DNA of 32,000 nucleotides, taken from positions 1,260,001-1,292,000 of the forward strand of contig NC_017459.1 in NCBI RefSeq assembly GCF_000237865.1. The letters run 5' to 3'. The number at the start of each line of letters is the position of its first letter. The stretch's first letter is position 1. Under the pieces are notes generated by a model. That model saw only the letters and a list, made by a program, of their open reading frames with translations, was not told the DNA's origin and made no database searches. The stretch is from Haloquadratum walsbyi C23. GTDB taxonomy: Archaea > Halobacteriota > Halobacteria > Halobacteriales > Haloferacaceae. Of this stretch, positions 1-9,418 are shown in pieces. A program made the translations under genes and the position numbers.

Positions 1-20
1 TATGCTTATACCTATGCTTG

Positions 21-980
21 TTATTTTAATTCGACATCAATATCGCCTCCATCACTTGTAAACACACTTGCAACCCCGCTTCCAGCAGCGAAAGCAATAC
101 GTTCTGTACCGATACTCAGTCGCTCAGCAAGACTCCTATTCGGCTTGAATTCTTGAATTTCAGGCTCGGCATCAATTAGATTCTCGATTCGATCTTTGAC
201 GTCATCTTCTGTCCCAAGTTCGTCGATAAGTCCAATCTCAAGTGCATCATTTCCAAGATAGATGCGGGCTTCTGTGTCACGGATCTGCTCAGGATCCATA
301 TCACGACCCTCACTCACGGTCTCAACAAACTGGTCATAATACCCATCGACGATACTTTGGAGATACTCCCGTTCACCGTCTTCAATCTCGCGAAGGGGAA
401 CACCAGCATCCTTGTATTCTCCAGCGGTGAATTGTTCATATGAAATACCAAGTTTATCAGCTAATCCGGACGCATTTGGTCGGGATCCAACAACACCAAT
501 CGAGCCAATAAGACTGACATCTCTTGCCCACATCTCATCGCATCCACTCGCAATCCAGTATCCACCTGATGCGCATGTATCAGTCGCATACGCAATTGTT
601 GGACCATCAAATTCAATCGCAGCCCGACGGATATCATCACTTGGAAGCACCTCTCCACCAGGTGTATTGAGTTCAACAAGAAGTGCCTCAATCGCATCAT
701 CATCGTCAGCATCCTCAATCCGCTCGACAATATCATCGGCGGCTGACGCCCCTGAAGCTGATAATGGTGATGGTCGACCGCGGTCACGCTGAATTGGTCC
801 CGAAATAATGACTTTTGCTACATTATATTCCTCAGCGTCACCTAAACGACCGCGTGTGAGTTGTGCGACAATCTGCTTCCCAGCAACGGTCGCTACAGCT
901 CCCATTACCCCGGCGGCTAGCAGGGCCGGTCTATTGTCGTCTGCATCGAATTTCATATCCGATTTATATAGCCTATCCAT
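21..980 (-). CDS. sppA: signal peptide peptidase SppA (S49 family, short 36K type)
   Basis: 319-aa acidic ORF. It has an N-terminal hydrophobic anchor (PALLAAGVMGAVATVAG) and an S49 core with ELNTPGGEV and ASGGYWIASGCD motifs. The overlapping ORFs at 242-792 are antisense or off-frame. Confidence 0.85.
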   Translation of the reverse strand: MDRLYKSDMKFDADDNRPALLAAGVMGAVATVAGKQIVAQLTRGRLGDAEEYNVAKVIISGPIQRDRGRPSPLSASGASAADDIVERIEDADDDDAIEALLVELNTPGGEVLPSDDIRRAAIEFDGPTIAYATDTCASGGYWIASGCDEMWARDVSLIGSIGVVGSRPNASGLADKLGISYEQFTAGEYKDAGVPLREIEDGEREYLQSIVDGYYDQFVETVSEGRDMDPEQIRDTEARIYLGNDALEIGLIDELGTEDDVKDRIENLIDAEPEIQEFKPNRSLAERLSIGTERIAFAAGSGVASVFTSDGGDIDVELK

Positions 981-1129
981 AGGTATAAATCCGCGAATTT
1001 ATCATTCCACTCATCAGATAAGCCAGTCATCTGTTCTTTACAGCTACCTTATATTGTGCTTAGAGCCTCTGAAATACACGAATTCGCTTGCATTGGGTTT
1101 AATACCAGCAAGGTATTATAACCGTTACA

Positions 1130-1906
1130 TTGACAACGGAACTGTCGTGTCCTCCAGAAGAATCCGTTTTGAATCAGCACATCGCCGGTACTGACGATAC
1201 AGAATACGCGCTTGTTATTGAGAATGCAGATCGACCATCGCTTATTGGACAGATGATTGAAGACATGTTCACCCGACAGCCTGTCGAGGTCGATACCAAA
1301 GCGTTGAGTGGCGATGAGCAGAGTCGACTCATATTGCTAAATAATGGTCGTATCGCAGCGAGTTCGCCACTGCAGGAGATTGAATCGTCGCTACTGCTGG
1401 TTAACTCAGATAGATACATCACTGGTGCGGCAAGTCTTGAAAATATCGAATATCCGGATGTTATTACAGCTCTGACTGAAGCACAATTTCGTCTTCAAGG
1501 CTATCCTGAATCAAATAAAGAAAAACTGATATTGGTACTTATCTCACGATATATTGAGCGGTTATCATATGAGCATGGAGGTGTCCATCGGGCATCTTTC
1601 CAGCGACTTTCTCGATTACTAGATGAAAGTGGGACTGAGAGCGTTTATCGGCGGCTTGGGGATGCTGACGTCGATACGCACGTATATGGAGTGCCGGATC
1701 AAGTCCCGCCACGTGGGTACAATGTCAAAATACATGGCGGATACATGTGTGATTATCGCAACTCATGGTTTGTTGTCCATCAGTCTGAGACGGCAGCAGC
1801 AGCATTGATGGCAATTGAGGTTGCCCCAAACGAGTGGAAAGCTGAGTGGACATTCAACCCTAATAAAGTGGCAACGATCAATGAGATTATACGAACGAAT
1901 CTATAA
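1130..1906 (+). CDS. DICT-like sensory domain protein (no output domain)
   Basis: 258-aa acidic ORF. The track start is TTG and the true start is uncertain. The C-terminal half (LILVLISRYIERLSY, ASFQRLSRL, VYRRLGDADVDTHVYGVPD, NSWFVVHQS) matches my recollection of haloarchaeal DICT-domain proteins. Confidence 0.5.
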   Translation: MTTELSCPPEESVLNQHIAGTDDTEYALVIENADRPSLIGQMIEDMFTRQPVEVDTKALSGDEQSRLILLNNGRIAASSPLQEIESSLLLVNSDRYITGAASLENIEYPDVITALTEAQFRLQGYPESNKEKLILVLISRYIERLSYEHGGVHRASFQRLSRLLDESGTESVYRRLGDADVDTHVYGVPDQVPPRGYNVKIHGGYMCDYRNSWFVVHQSETAAAALMAIEVAPNEWKAEWTFNPNKVATINEIIRTNL

Positions 1907-2053
1907 TAACTCGATCCTATCAGTCTCATCCGATATCACAAGTGACTGACAATAACTACAAATACTGGGGCAGAAGAAAAAAATTGAGTCTCAAGAGCTA
2001 ATAATAATATCCATATCTCATCGACTAATATCATATGCTTCCCGATAGACACA

Positions 2054-2242
2054 CTATGATATCTCATATACTGCAGGGTTACCCCCGCAATCAGGACATG
2101 TCTCCAAATCAGGCTTGAGATTCGTGCCACAATTACGACACTCAATATGTGCGTCTGTGGCAGGCGTCTGATCAGCCTCGTTGGTTGGTAGGATATACAG
2201 TAGCTCACTAATTCCCATGAGTATGAATAACGTATGTAACAA
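2054..2242 (-). CDS. small zinc-ribbon protein (CPxCG-related zinc finger class)
   Basis: 62-aa ORF with two Cys knuckles, CRNCG and CPDCG, separated by 10 residues. There is an alternative internal Met start at 2218. The longer ORF 1936-2268 in another frame looks spurious. Confidence 0.5.
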   Translation of the reverse strand: MLHTLFILMGISELLYILPTNEADQTPATDAHIECRNCGTNLKPDLETCPDCGGNPAVYEIS

Positions 2243-2804
2243 ATGATAATAAATGTAACGCCAAACATCCTATATATGAATGCAGGAATTGTGTATTATA
2301 CAATTATATTTTGATAAATACGTAGACATATGTTAATCTGGTATTATTCAGGATTAAATTGCTCAAAATAATAATTTATCGGTCATAAAATAATTGATAT
2401 AAATATTGCTATTCACCTAATGGATACTCACACTATAGCGACGCTGCAATTGTTCCGATTATGATTTGATCGTTTGGGGCGAGCAGGTCGCCATCGTCAG
2501 ACTGGGCGGGAATCACCCTATTCTCGCCTAACTCCTATTTTTGAAGAGAGTTGTCTGCGAATTAAGATCACGGAGTGAAATCTCGGGTGAGCAGTCGAAC
2601 GTGGAATGAGTCCGGATTGTCGAATTCATCTTGCGTTACCGAGATCGCTGGTCTCGCTTGCACACTAGAACTCACAGATTTCTGGGGATAGCGAAAGCTG
2701 CAAGTATTCTTTTCAAATCCGTATAATCTATACTTCATTAAAGATGAATGATATCTGTTCATAGACGAAAGTGGTATTATACGATACGTATGTATGATAT
2801 ATGA

Positions 2805-3560
2805 ATGAGAGTTGCCGTCCTGACTATTGGCGATGAACTCCTTGCAGGTGATACAACCAATACGAACGCAACATGGCTTGCACAGCGCCTGACAGAACGC
2901 GGTGTCACAGTCAGGCGGATACTCACTGTGCCTGATGAACATTCTCTTATTCGATCGCGCGTTCGTGAGTATAGTGGAAACTTTGATGCGGTGATTGTTA
3001 CTGGTGGTATTGGTAGTACGCCTGATGATGTGACTGTTGATGCTGTTGCGGATGCATTTGACCGCAATCTTGTGATTAGCGAACAAGCCCGGGCTGATGT
3101 CATAGAGACACTTGAAGCTCTTAGCGATACAGTGCCGAATATCGATGTAGATATTGATGCCGAAGCGACGATTCCCGAGGATGCACGCCCACTGCTCAAC
3201 ACTGAAGGATTGGCTCCTGGATGCGTTGTTGAGAATGTCTATGTTTTACCTGGAATTCCGAGTGAATTAAAAACGATGTTCAATAAAATCGCAGAGGAAT
3301 TTACTGGTGAAGCAGTTTCAAGCGTCCTCTACACGGTCAAACCAGAGGCAAACATCGTTTCGGCACTGAAAACAGTTAGTGAGGAATTTGATGTGACAAT
3401 CGGCTGTTATCCAGACAGAAATGCGGGTCATAATCGGATTAAAGTGACAGCCACTGATGGAGAGACACTCACGAGTGCAATAACATGGCTTCAAAATCAA
3501 ATTGATGCAAGCGATACGCCAGTTGAGCGAGACTGGGGCGAGAATGTTGAGTCCGATTAA
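2805..3560 (+). CDS. CinA-like / molybdenum-cofactor-biosynthesis (MoaB-Mog fold) domain protein
   Basis: 251-aa ORF. The motifs VAVLTIGDELLAGDTTNTNATWLA and VIVTGGIGSTPDDVT are characteristic of the MoCF_biosynth domain found at the N-terminus of CinA. Confidence 0.75.
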   Translation: MRVAVLTIGDELLAGDTTNTNATWLAQRLTERGVTVRRILTVPDEHSLIRSRVREYSGNFDAVIVTGGIGSTPDDVTVDAVADAFDRNLVISEQARADVIETLEALSDTVPNIDVDIDAEATIPEDARPLLNTEGLAPGCVVENVYVLPGIPSELKTMFNKIAEEFTGEAVSSVLYTVKPEANIVSALKTVSEEFDVTIGCYPDRNAGHNRIKVTATDGETLTSAITWLQNQIDASDTPVERDWGENVESD

Positions 3561-3768
3561 CAAAATTGACTTGAGTATCATTAATTCAGATCAATTTATT
3601 ATTCTAATATTTCATCAAACGCTGTATATTCATATTCTGCCTATCGATGATATATCAATCTCGAAGTTACAGTTATGAACTTCCGTCCTGGGATAAATCG
3701 AGAGTCGATGATTAGAGATAATAAAATCACACACAAATTGAGTGATACTGTTCAACTGGCTGTATACA

Positions 3769-4704
3769 ATGTCTAAATCGGATTCAAAAACAGCACTGTG
3801 TCTCGATATTGATGGCACGCTTTATCGTGGCGGGTCTGTGTTTATAGAGTCACTCAGTTATCTTCCATTCGTTCAATCCGGTCATTGGTCACCAACTGAC
3901 CGTCATGTGCTTCGACAGGCGATTGGGCTTGTTGGGCGTTATTATGGGAACGCATGGACAGAAAAACGCTGGCAGATAACACTCCGAATAGTGGACCTGC
4001 TTCAGCGTATTGGAACTGATGAGATAGCCCTCTCATTACTTGACACGCTTCGAGAGTTCCAGACACAACTCAACAGTGTGATTGATCCTGAATACACATT
4101 CAACTCGCCGTCGGCAAGCGATTATGACGAAATGCGAATCTCATTGCTCACGACGTACGCGAAAGCAATCACCACCCATCATCAGAGTGAGCTCCGAACA
4201 GCAATTAATGACATCATCAGTCGATGTACCCTTATCGATAAAACAACAGCCACCGCATTGGAGGATATTTCCACATCATCGTCATCACTTGATATCATAC
4301 TTATCACAGATATGCCAACTACGATAGCTGAGACATTCGCGAGCGAGGCAATTGAAGCTCCGATTCAAACGACCGTTGCGACGAGATTTGAGACCGACCA
4401 GACAGAACGCTTTACCGGGGAATTTCACTCAATAAATAAATCTGAAATGCTCACAACGCTGGATGAACAGCATGATTGGGACCGCATTGTTGCAGCGGGA
4501 GATACTGTTCGAGACCTTCGAATGCGATCAATTGCTGATCGGTTCATTGCTGTTTCCGGACAGGGTCAAATTAATGAATATCTTCAAAAGCCATACGTGA
4601 CTGCCACTGGGTCAAATCCTGAAATCATAAATAACTCACGTGACGTGTATGTTCCAAGTGAAGTCCCACTTGGAGTAGTTCTACGAGCGTTACTTTTGAA
4701 CTGA
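3769..4704 (+). CDS. HAD-superfamily hydrolase
   Basis: It has HAD motif I, LCLDIDGTLY, directly after the ATG at 3769 (the track start 3742 is GTG). Motif IV-like VAAGDTVRD lies near the C-terminus, and a large cap region sits in between. Confidence 0.6.
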   Translation: MSKSDSKTALCLDIDGTLYRGGSVFIESLSYLPFVQSGHWSPTDRHVLRQAIGLVGRYYGNAWTEKRWQITLRIVDLLQRIGTDEIALSLLDTLREFQTQLNSVIDPEYTFNSPSASDYDEMRISLLTTYAKAITTHHQSELRTAINDIISRCTLIDKTTATALEDISTSSSSLDIILITDMPTTIAETFASEAIEAPIQTTVATRFETDQTERFTGEFHSINKSEMLTTLDEQHDWDRIVAAGDTVRDLRMRSIADRFIAVSGQGQINEYLQKPYVTATGSNPEIINNSRDVYVPSEVPLGVVLRALLLN

Positions 4705-4907
4705 CACATTAGTTATACGATGATATATAATCAATCTTGTCAATCAGTCGGGTAGCACATTCCTCATCACATCGCTTGTTCGCCTCGCACTGGAAGTTAC
4801 TATCATAGACGGTGGCAAAGGAAATGATATCCCTGTTATATTGTCCATCCGTTCAGCCATTCGGGGGTTATCGTGCACTGACGTATTTTACACAGCATGT
4901 GACTCCG

Positions 4908-5494
4908 TTACTCTACATGACCTGTTTTTATTTCAAGTGACTCCCCAGTATTGAGACGTGCATAATTCCCACTGACAGGGTTCTTTGGGGTTTGCTTGCT
5001 CACGGCGTTAACCGATATATGTGAAACTCCACGGAATGCCGTGCGTCCTGGCTGGTGAATATGACCGCTTACGCTTGCTTTAGCCGTCTTTTGGAGGATT
5101 TCAAGCGTCTCTTGACGATCCCATGGGTATGCACGCTCTGGATAGTTTCCAAACCACACATTATCTTCGATTGAAAATGGTCCAAGCGGGTGATGTGATA
5201 ATACAATCGCATCTGATGGTAGCGTGTCATCAAGCCAACTGCGCTGTTCGGGACCGATTATTCCACGAGCCCCGACATCTTCCCTGACGGAGTCAAGATA
5301 GACATATGCTTGATTATCAATCCAAACTATCCCATGAAATCTATCTTGATCAAGGATTTCACTGAGTTCGTCCTTTGAATGTGTGGCTACATCATGATTA
5401 CCGAGTAGATAGGTTACTGGTGACACCCATTCATCAAATATTGATTTGATCTCATCTAAATGCTCTCGATCAGCGTGATTTGTTGATTCCTGTA
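4908..5494 (-). pseudogene. metallophosphoesterase, C-terminal part (gene interrupted by an IS)
   Basis: It carries GNHD, SHHP and GHIH metallophosphatase motifs but lacks the N-terminal DxH and GDxxD motifs. Those motifs are found at 6780-6925 on the other side of the IS, in the same phase. Confidence 0.85.
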
Positions 5495-5512
5495 CTCGAC
5501 TCTGCACGTTTA
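5488..5512. repeat. target-site duplication TCCTGTA (5488-5494) plus left terminal inverted repeat (5495-5512)
   Basis: CTCGACTCTGCACGTTTA at 5495-5512 matches the reverse complement of 6762-6779 (CTCGGCTCTGCACGTTTA) at 17 of 18 positions. TCCTGTA is repeated directly at 6780-6786. Confidence 0.85.
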
Positions 5513-6779
5513 TAAACTACCCTCAGAATGGAGAAAGAGGTGGTCAATGTCTTCCATCAGTCCATCGAGATCGCGGTCTGGTTGATCGCGCACCCAGGAA
5601 AACATGTTGTAGATCGTCTCCTTGAGACCGTGTTCGAGTTGTGATCGGAGCGACGAGGCTTTCGAGACAAGTCGCTCCGAGGCGCTCGATTCCGGACCAA
5701 GCCGAAGAAGGCTGTAGGCCAGCATCTGAAGGTGCCAGTGACGACTGGCACCGTCAGAATCACGAACCTCGCAGTCTCCTAAGCCAAGATCCTCTTTCGA
5801 GTCCTCGAAGAATGTCTCTACTCGCCATCTGTACGAATAGCTCCGAATAATGTGTGCCGAAGGCGCGTCAATCTTGCTCGTCGCAAGATACTTTACTGGA
5901 TTCTCTTTGTCCTCATCGGTAACCTTCTCTGTGATTACCAGCCGAACTTCACCTAATTTCGAGACAGGGACTGTCTTAGTCCAAATTTTGTACGTTTCAC
6001 CGTCAACTTCTCGCTCTTCCTTGTCGATGCACTCTTCGAGCGCATCGACGCGTCTCTCTTTGTTCGCGTAGGTCACCTGTCGGTTGCCCCGTAGTGGTCC
6101 AATCCAGTCCTTGCCGTGTGATTCGACGTGTTCGATCAGACCGGAGTCATGAGCAAACCATGCATCGAAGAGGTAGGTGCCCGCAGGCACACCTACCTCT
6201 TCTTCTAATTCCGTGATTATCTCTCGTGCGAGGTCGTATTTTGTCTCCTGTTCGTCTTCCTCGTCCTCGTCGTCGACCTTCTCGTACTGGCGAAAAGCAA
6301 GTGGATAGGACGTTTTATCATCGGTATAGAACGCGTAGACGAGGTTCTGTCCCCAAACAGGCTCACCCTCAGAGTGATCGTAGAACTCTCCAGCACCGGG
6401 AAGGGACTTCCCGGTTCGCTGGATGACTGAATCGTCAATAACGATATAGCCGTTTTGTGACCAGCGTGTCTCTCCGTGTTTTTGCAGTTCCTCTAACCGC
6501 TCGTGATTGAGCTGATCCTCATCCCAATCGTATTCGGTGATGAACTTGTTGAGTGCTCGGTCACTTCCGGCAGGAAGGACCTCTCGTGCAATTCCGGTTA
6601 CAGTCTTGCTGCGGCCCGCAGCAAGACCTGTCACGTACGTTTTGGCGTGAGTCGTTTGATGATATGATAGCGAGTCGAATTCATCCAGCACGTCGGTGCA
6701 CGAGAGGAAATCCGTAATCGGCAGCATCAAGTTTCAATGCTGCCTACATCACGCCCCTATTTAAACGTGCAGAGCCGAG
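5495..6779 (-). mobile_element. IS4-superfamily (IS4/IS701-like) insertion sequence, 1285 bp
   Basis: It has 18-bp imperfect terminal inverted repeats, a 7-bp direct target duplication and a single DDE transposase ORF. Removing the element plus one TSD copy restores a continuous metallophosphoesterase frame. Confidence 0.9.
5510..6727 (-). CDS. IS4-superfamily DDE transposase
   Basis: 405 aa from the ATG at 6727 (the track uses TTG at 6730). It contains the IS4 signature Y-2-R-3-E-6-K exactly (YSYRWRVETFFEDSK). The stop codon lies inside the left inverted repeat. Confidence 0.9.
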   Translation of the reverse strand: MLPITDFLSCTDVLDEFDSLSYHQTTHAKTYVTGLAAGRSKTVTGIAREVLPAGSDRALNKFITEYDWDEDQLNHERLEELQKHGETRWSQNGYIVIDDSVIQRTGKSLPGAGEFYDHSEGEPVWGQNLVYAFYTDDKTSYPLAFRQYEKVDDEDEEDEQETKYDLAREIITELEEEVGVPAGTYLFDAWFAHDSGLIEHVESHGKDWIGPLRGNRQVTYANKERRVDALEECIDKEEREVDGETYKIWTKTVPVSKLGEVRLVITEKVTDEDKENPVKYLATSKIDAPSAHIIRSYSYRWRVETFFEDSKEDLGLGDCEVRDSDGASRHWHLQMLAYSLLRLGPESSASERLVSKASSLRSQLEHGLKETIYNMFSWVRDQPDRDLDGLMEDIDHLFLHSEGSL

Positions 6780-6786
6780 TCCTGTA
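6762..6786. repeat. right terminal inverted repeat (6762-6779) plus target-site duplication TCCTGTA (6780-6786)
   Basis: See the left-end repeat at 5488-5512. Confidence 0.85.
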
Positions 6787-6925
6787 GTAAATCTCCAAGA
6801 ATAAATGTATGTGCAATTTGACCGGTATTCATATATTCGTGCTTTATTTTATGCAGTCGTTCAATAATTTCATCATGATACGCTTCTCGGAGATGAATAT
6901 CGGTGATAATTCCAATAGTACTCAT
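6780..6925 (-). pseudogene. metallophosphoesterase, N-terminal part (not in the ORF track, under 60 aa)
   Basis: Starting at ATG 6925 (minus strand), my own translation is MSTIGIITDIHLREAYHDEIIERLHKIKHEYMNTGQIAHTFILGDLLQ. It has the DxH (TDIH) and GDxxx (GDLLQ) metallophosphatase motifs. The frame runs into the IS and stops at 6761-6763. Confidence 0.8.
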
Positions 6926-7234
6926 TGAGTGATCAGTAGTAGATAGTTTGGTTGCGTATTCGAATCTTGCATACTAATATTCTTGCTGGAGGGTCACATG
7001 GCGCTTGCTAATATATCTATAGAGCAATACATATGCTGAAGCTACGGATTTTCGTCTCCTTCTCACATGATGACCGCCGGAGTCAAAAGAATATGAGATA
7101 AACACAATTACTGACTATCGCACACAACAGACGACCAGTGTGCGATGCAGAGGCTAGTTGATCTCAGATTTGTCGTTGTATGATAAGCTATTAGATCTTT
7201 CAGGCAATTCGCGTGAATGATGTGCTCATGCGTA

Positions 7235-7828
7235 TTACTGACGCTCGCTGATTATCTCACCGACGCGGTCACCAGGACGCCGTAACTCACCAGATTCAAC
7301 CTCATAGACATATCCTGTAATCGTGACTGAGTCAGGAATCAGCTCAGACTGACGCAGGTGTTCAACTTGTGTAGCGCAGGCTTCATCAATATCATCCGTC
7401 ATTTTCACCCAATCCATGATATCAGCATCATCAATGTTCAATGCTGGTAATGATGGGTCAAGATCGATTTGATCAAGATCACCAGCTTCGGCTTCAAATC
7501 CCTCACGAACCGCTTCATCAGGGGCACTCATCATTCCACAATCTGTATGATTGATAAGAATAATCTCGTCAGTATCAAAGAAGTTCGTTGTCAGCGCGGC
7601 TGAGCGAATCACATCGTCAGTGACTTTACCACCGGCATTACGAAAGATCTGCGCATCACCAAGTTCAATCCCAAGAGTTTCCTCAACCGGAATACGCTCG
7701 TCGATACAAGTGATAACAAGTAAATTCTCATTTGTCGGAATCCCTTCTCGACGACGTCGAGCCCACATTTCGCGATTTTCAACCGATTCATCAACCTGCT
7801 CATGCACGTGTTCAGTATTAGACATCAT
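7235..7828 (-). CDS. beta-class carbonic anhydrase (Cab/Rv1284-like)
   Basis: 197 aa. The zinc ligand motifs CxDxR (VITCIDERIP) and HxxC (INHTDCGM) are present, along with NAGGKVTDDVIRS, as in the small archaeal/actinobacterial beta-CAs. Confidence 0.8.
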   Translation of the reverse strand: MMSNTEHVHEQVDESVENREMWARRRREGIPTNENLLVITCIDERIPVEETLGIELGDAQIFRNAGGKVTDDVIRSAALTTNFFDTDEIILINHTDCGMMSAPDEAVREGFEAEAGDLDQIDLDPSLPALNIDDADIMDWVKMTDDIDEACATQVEHLRQSELIPDSVTITGYVYEVESGELRRPGDRVGEIISERQ

Positions 7829-7996
7829 TTTGATATTAACTCGAACGATACTGATGATTTCGTTTCCCCCGCCTGTTACCGGAATCTATGACAGGACTCA
7901 AACAGCGCAAATCGAGAGGAGTAAGCATTCCTCAGCGAAGCATAAAACGGTGACACACCGATGTTGAACCGTATTAGTCTGACACAACCGGCAGTA

Positions 7997-9418
7997 TTAG
8001 GCATATCCAACGCGGTCAACGAGATCTGCAGCCATCCTTTCAGCTCTTGATAAGACACTATCAACGGGCTCATCAAACGAGCGTATCTGTCGGTCTTGCA
8101 TCACAACATCACCGTCACATATCACAGTGTCGACTTCAAATCCTTGTGCGGCGTGGACAAGACCGAATACTGGATTCGGACTGGGGGTCAGATGCGGATG
8201 GTCAAAATCGACGATAGCGATATCTGCTTGCTTTCCAACCTCTAAGGAGCCAAGACTGTCGGCGCGACCAATAGCTCTCGCGGCGTCAATGGTAATCATA
8301 TCGAATGCTTTCTGAGTCGAAACGACACCTGGGTCACGATGATATCCTTTGTGCCCTCCAGTCATCGCTCGGAGATCACTTATTGGATTGACCGTATCAT
8401 TCAAGATCGAGTTATCGGTGCCAAGTCCGACCGTCACCCCGGCGTCCAACATCGCCGCTACTGGCGCGAATCCAGTCGCAAGACGCATATTCGCCATATA
8501 GTTATGTGCAATCTTAGTACTAGTCATAGCGATAATACGAACATCATTCTCATCGATTTGAACACAATGACCCAACAGCGCCCTATCACCCAGGTATCCG
8601 ATATTTCGAAGATACTCAATGCTTGACAGTGAGCGCTGCTCCTGTGCTTCTGCTTCTGCAACGTGGACAGTCGTCATCACATCGTGTTCTTCAGCAAGAG
8701 CATAAGCCGCTTGGAAACAGCGGTTCGTTGTAGTTTCAACGACGACTGGTGCTGGCCATATCGATTGCCGACCGTCAGCAGTCCCGTTATATGCCTCAAT
8801 GAGTGAATTGACCTCTTTGAGAACAGTGTCGGTCTCCTCAACAAATCTTTCCAGTGGTGGATGGTCAACATCATTATCTCGAGTCTGAATGTCCAACACA
8901 AGCTCTTGGAATGCATTATCTGCGCCGCAGTCAACCATTCCCGCTGCATAGATGTTTCTAATACCAGATTGATCGTATATTTCTAGTTTCGCCTCAATAT
9001 CTGTCCAATCATCCCAGAGAACCTCGGTGTCGTTCTCAACAAATGTCGTCACTCCTGCGAGAATTGCCTCGATACAGTATAGTGTCGCTGCAGTGGCATG
9101 CTCTTCGGGTTGCATCGCCAGTGTTCCCGGTCGTTTGACATTATATAACCAGTCAAGTAGACCGCGGTTTTCAGCGAATGAACCCCGAAGCAGGATATCC
9201 GAGACGTGCGTATGTGGGTTAATGAGCCCAGGAATAATGACTCCGCCGTCGGCATCAATAATCGTCTGAGCATCATGATTGGTGGTGATATCAGCAGTCG
9301 GTCCAACTGCGGATATGTTGCCATCTTGGACAGCAACGGCACTATTTGTGAGCACAGTTCGGTCGGCATCCTGTGTGATAACCGTCCCATTGATAACAAG
9401 CAACTCCGTCATCGGCAT
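7997..9418 (-). CDS. TRZ/ATZ-type amidohydrolase (aminohydrolase/deaminase family; substrate unknown)
   Basis: 473 aa. It has the metal-binding motif PGLINPHTHVSD, followed by LLDWLYNV, and later HVAE and GLGTDN motifs typical of the chlorohydrolase / guanine-deaminase-like branch of amidohydrolase_1. Confidence 0.8.
   Translation of the reverse strand: MPMTELLVINGTVITQDADRTVLTNSAVAVQDGNISAVGPTADITTNHDAQTIIDADGGVIIPGLINPHTHVSDILLRGSFAENRGLLDWLYNVKRPGTLAMQPEEHATAATLYCIEAILAGVTTFVENDTEVLWDDWTDIEAKLEIYDQSGIRNIYAAGMVDCGADNAFQELVLDIQTRDNDVDHPPLERFVEETDTVLKEVNSLIEAYNGTADGRQSIWPAPVVVETTTNRCFQAAYALAEEHDVMTTVHVAEAEAQEQRSLSSIEYLRNIGYLGDRALLGHCVQIDENDVRIIAMTSTKIAHNYMANMRLATGFAPVAAMLDAGVTVGLGTDNSILNDTVNPISDLRAMTGGHKGYHRDPGVVSTQKAFDMITIDAARAIGRADSLGSLEVGKQADIAIVDFDHPHLTPSPNPVFGLVHAAQGFEVDTVICDGDVVMQDRQIRSFDEPVDSVLSRAERMAADLVDRVGYA

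Noticed and set aside
242-792. Several 60-126-aa ORFs (242-430, 412-792, 461-787) overlapping sppA
   Set aside because: They are antisense or off-frame to a well-supported gene. Their composition is Ser/Pro/Arg/His-rich and non-acidic, which is typical of shadow frames.
2440-2700. GC-richer island in the spacer before the CinA-like gene, with a GGCGAG...CTCGCC pairing; I considered a tRNA, an ncRNA or a TrkA-C-like gene remnant (minus-strand peptide VIPAQSDDGDLLAPNDQIIIGT)
   Set aside because: The pairing spans only about 50 nt and I could not build a cloverleaf or T-arm consensus. The peptide fragment is too short and is flanked by stops, so at best it is an unverifiable pseudogene relic.
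2568-3202. ORFs 2568-3086 and 2777-3202 on the minus strand (172 and 141 aa)
   Set aside because: They are antisense to the CinA-like gene and have a basic, Ser/Arg/Cys-rich composition unlike haloarchaeal proteins.
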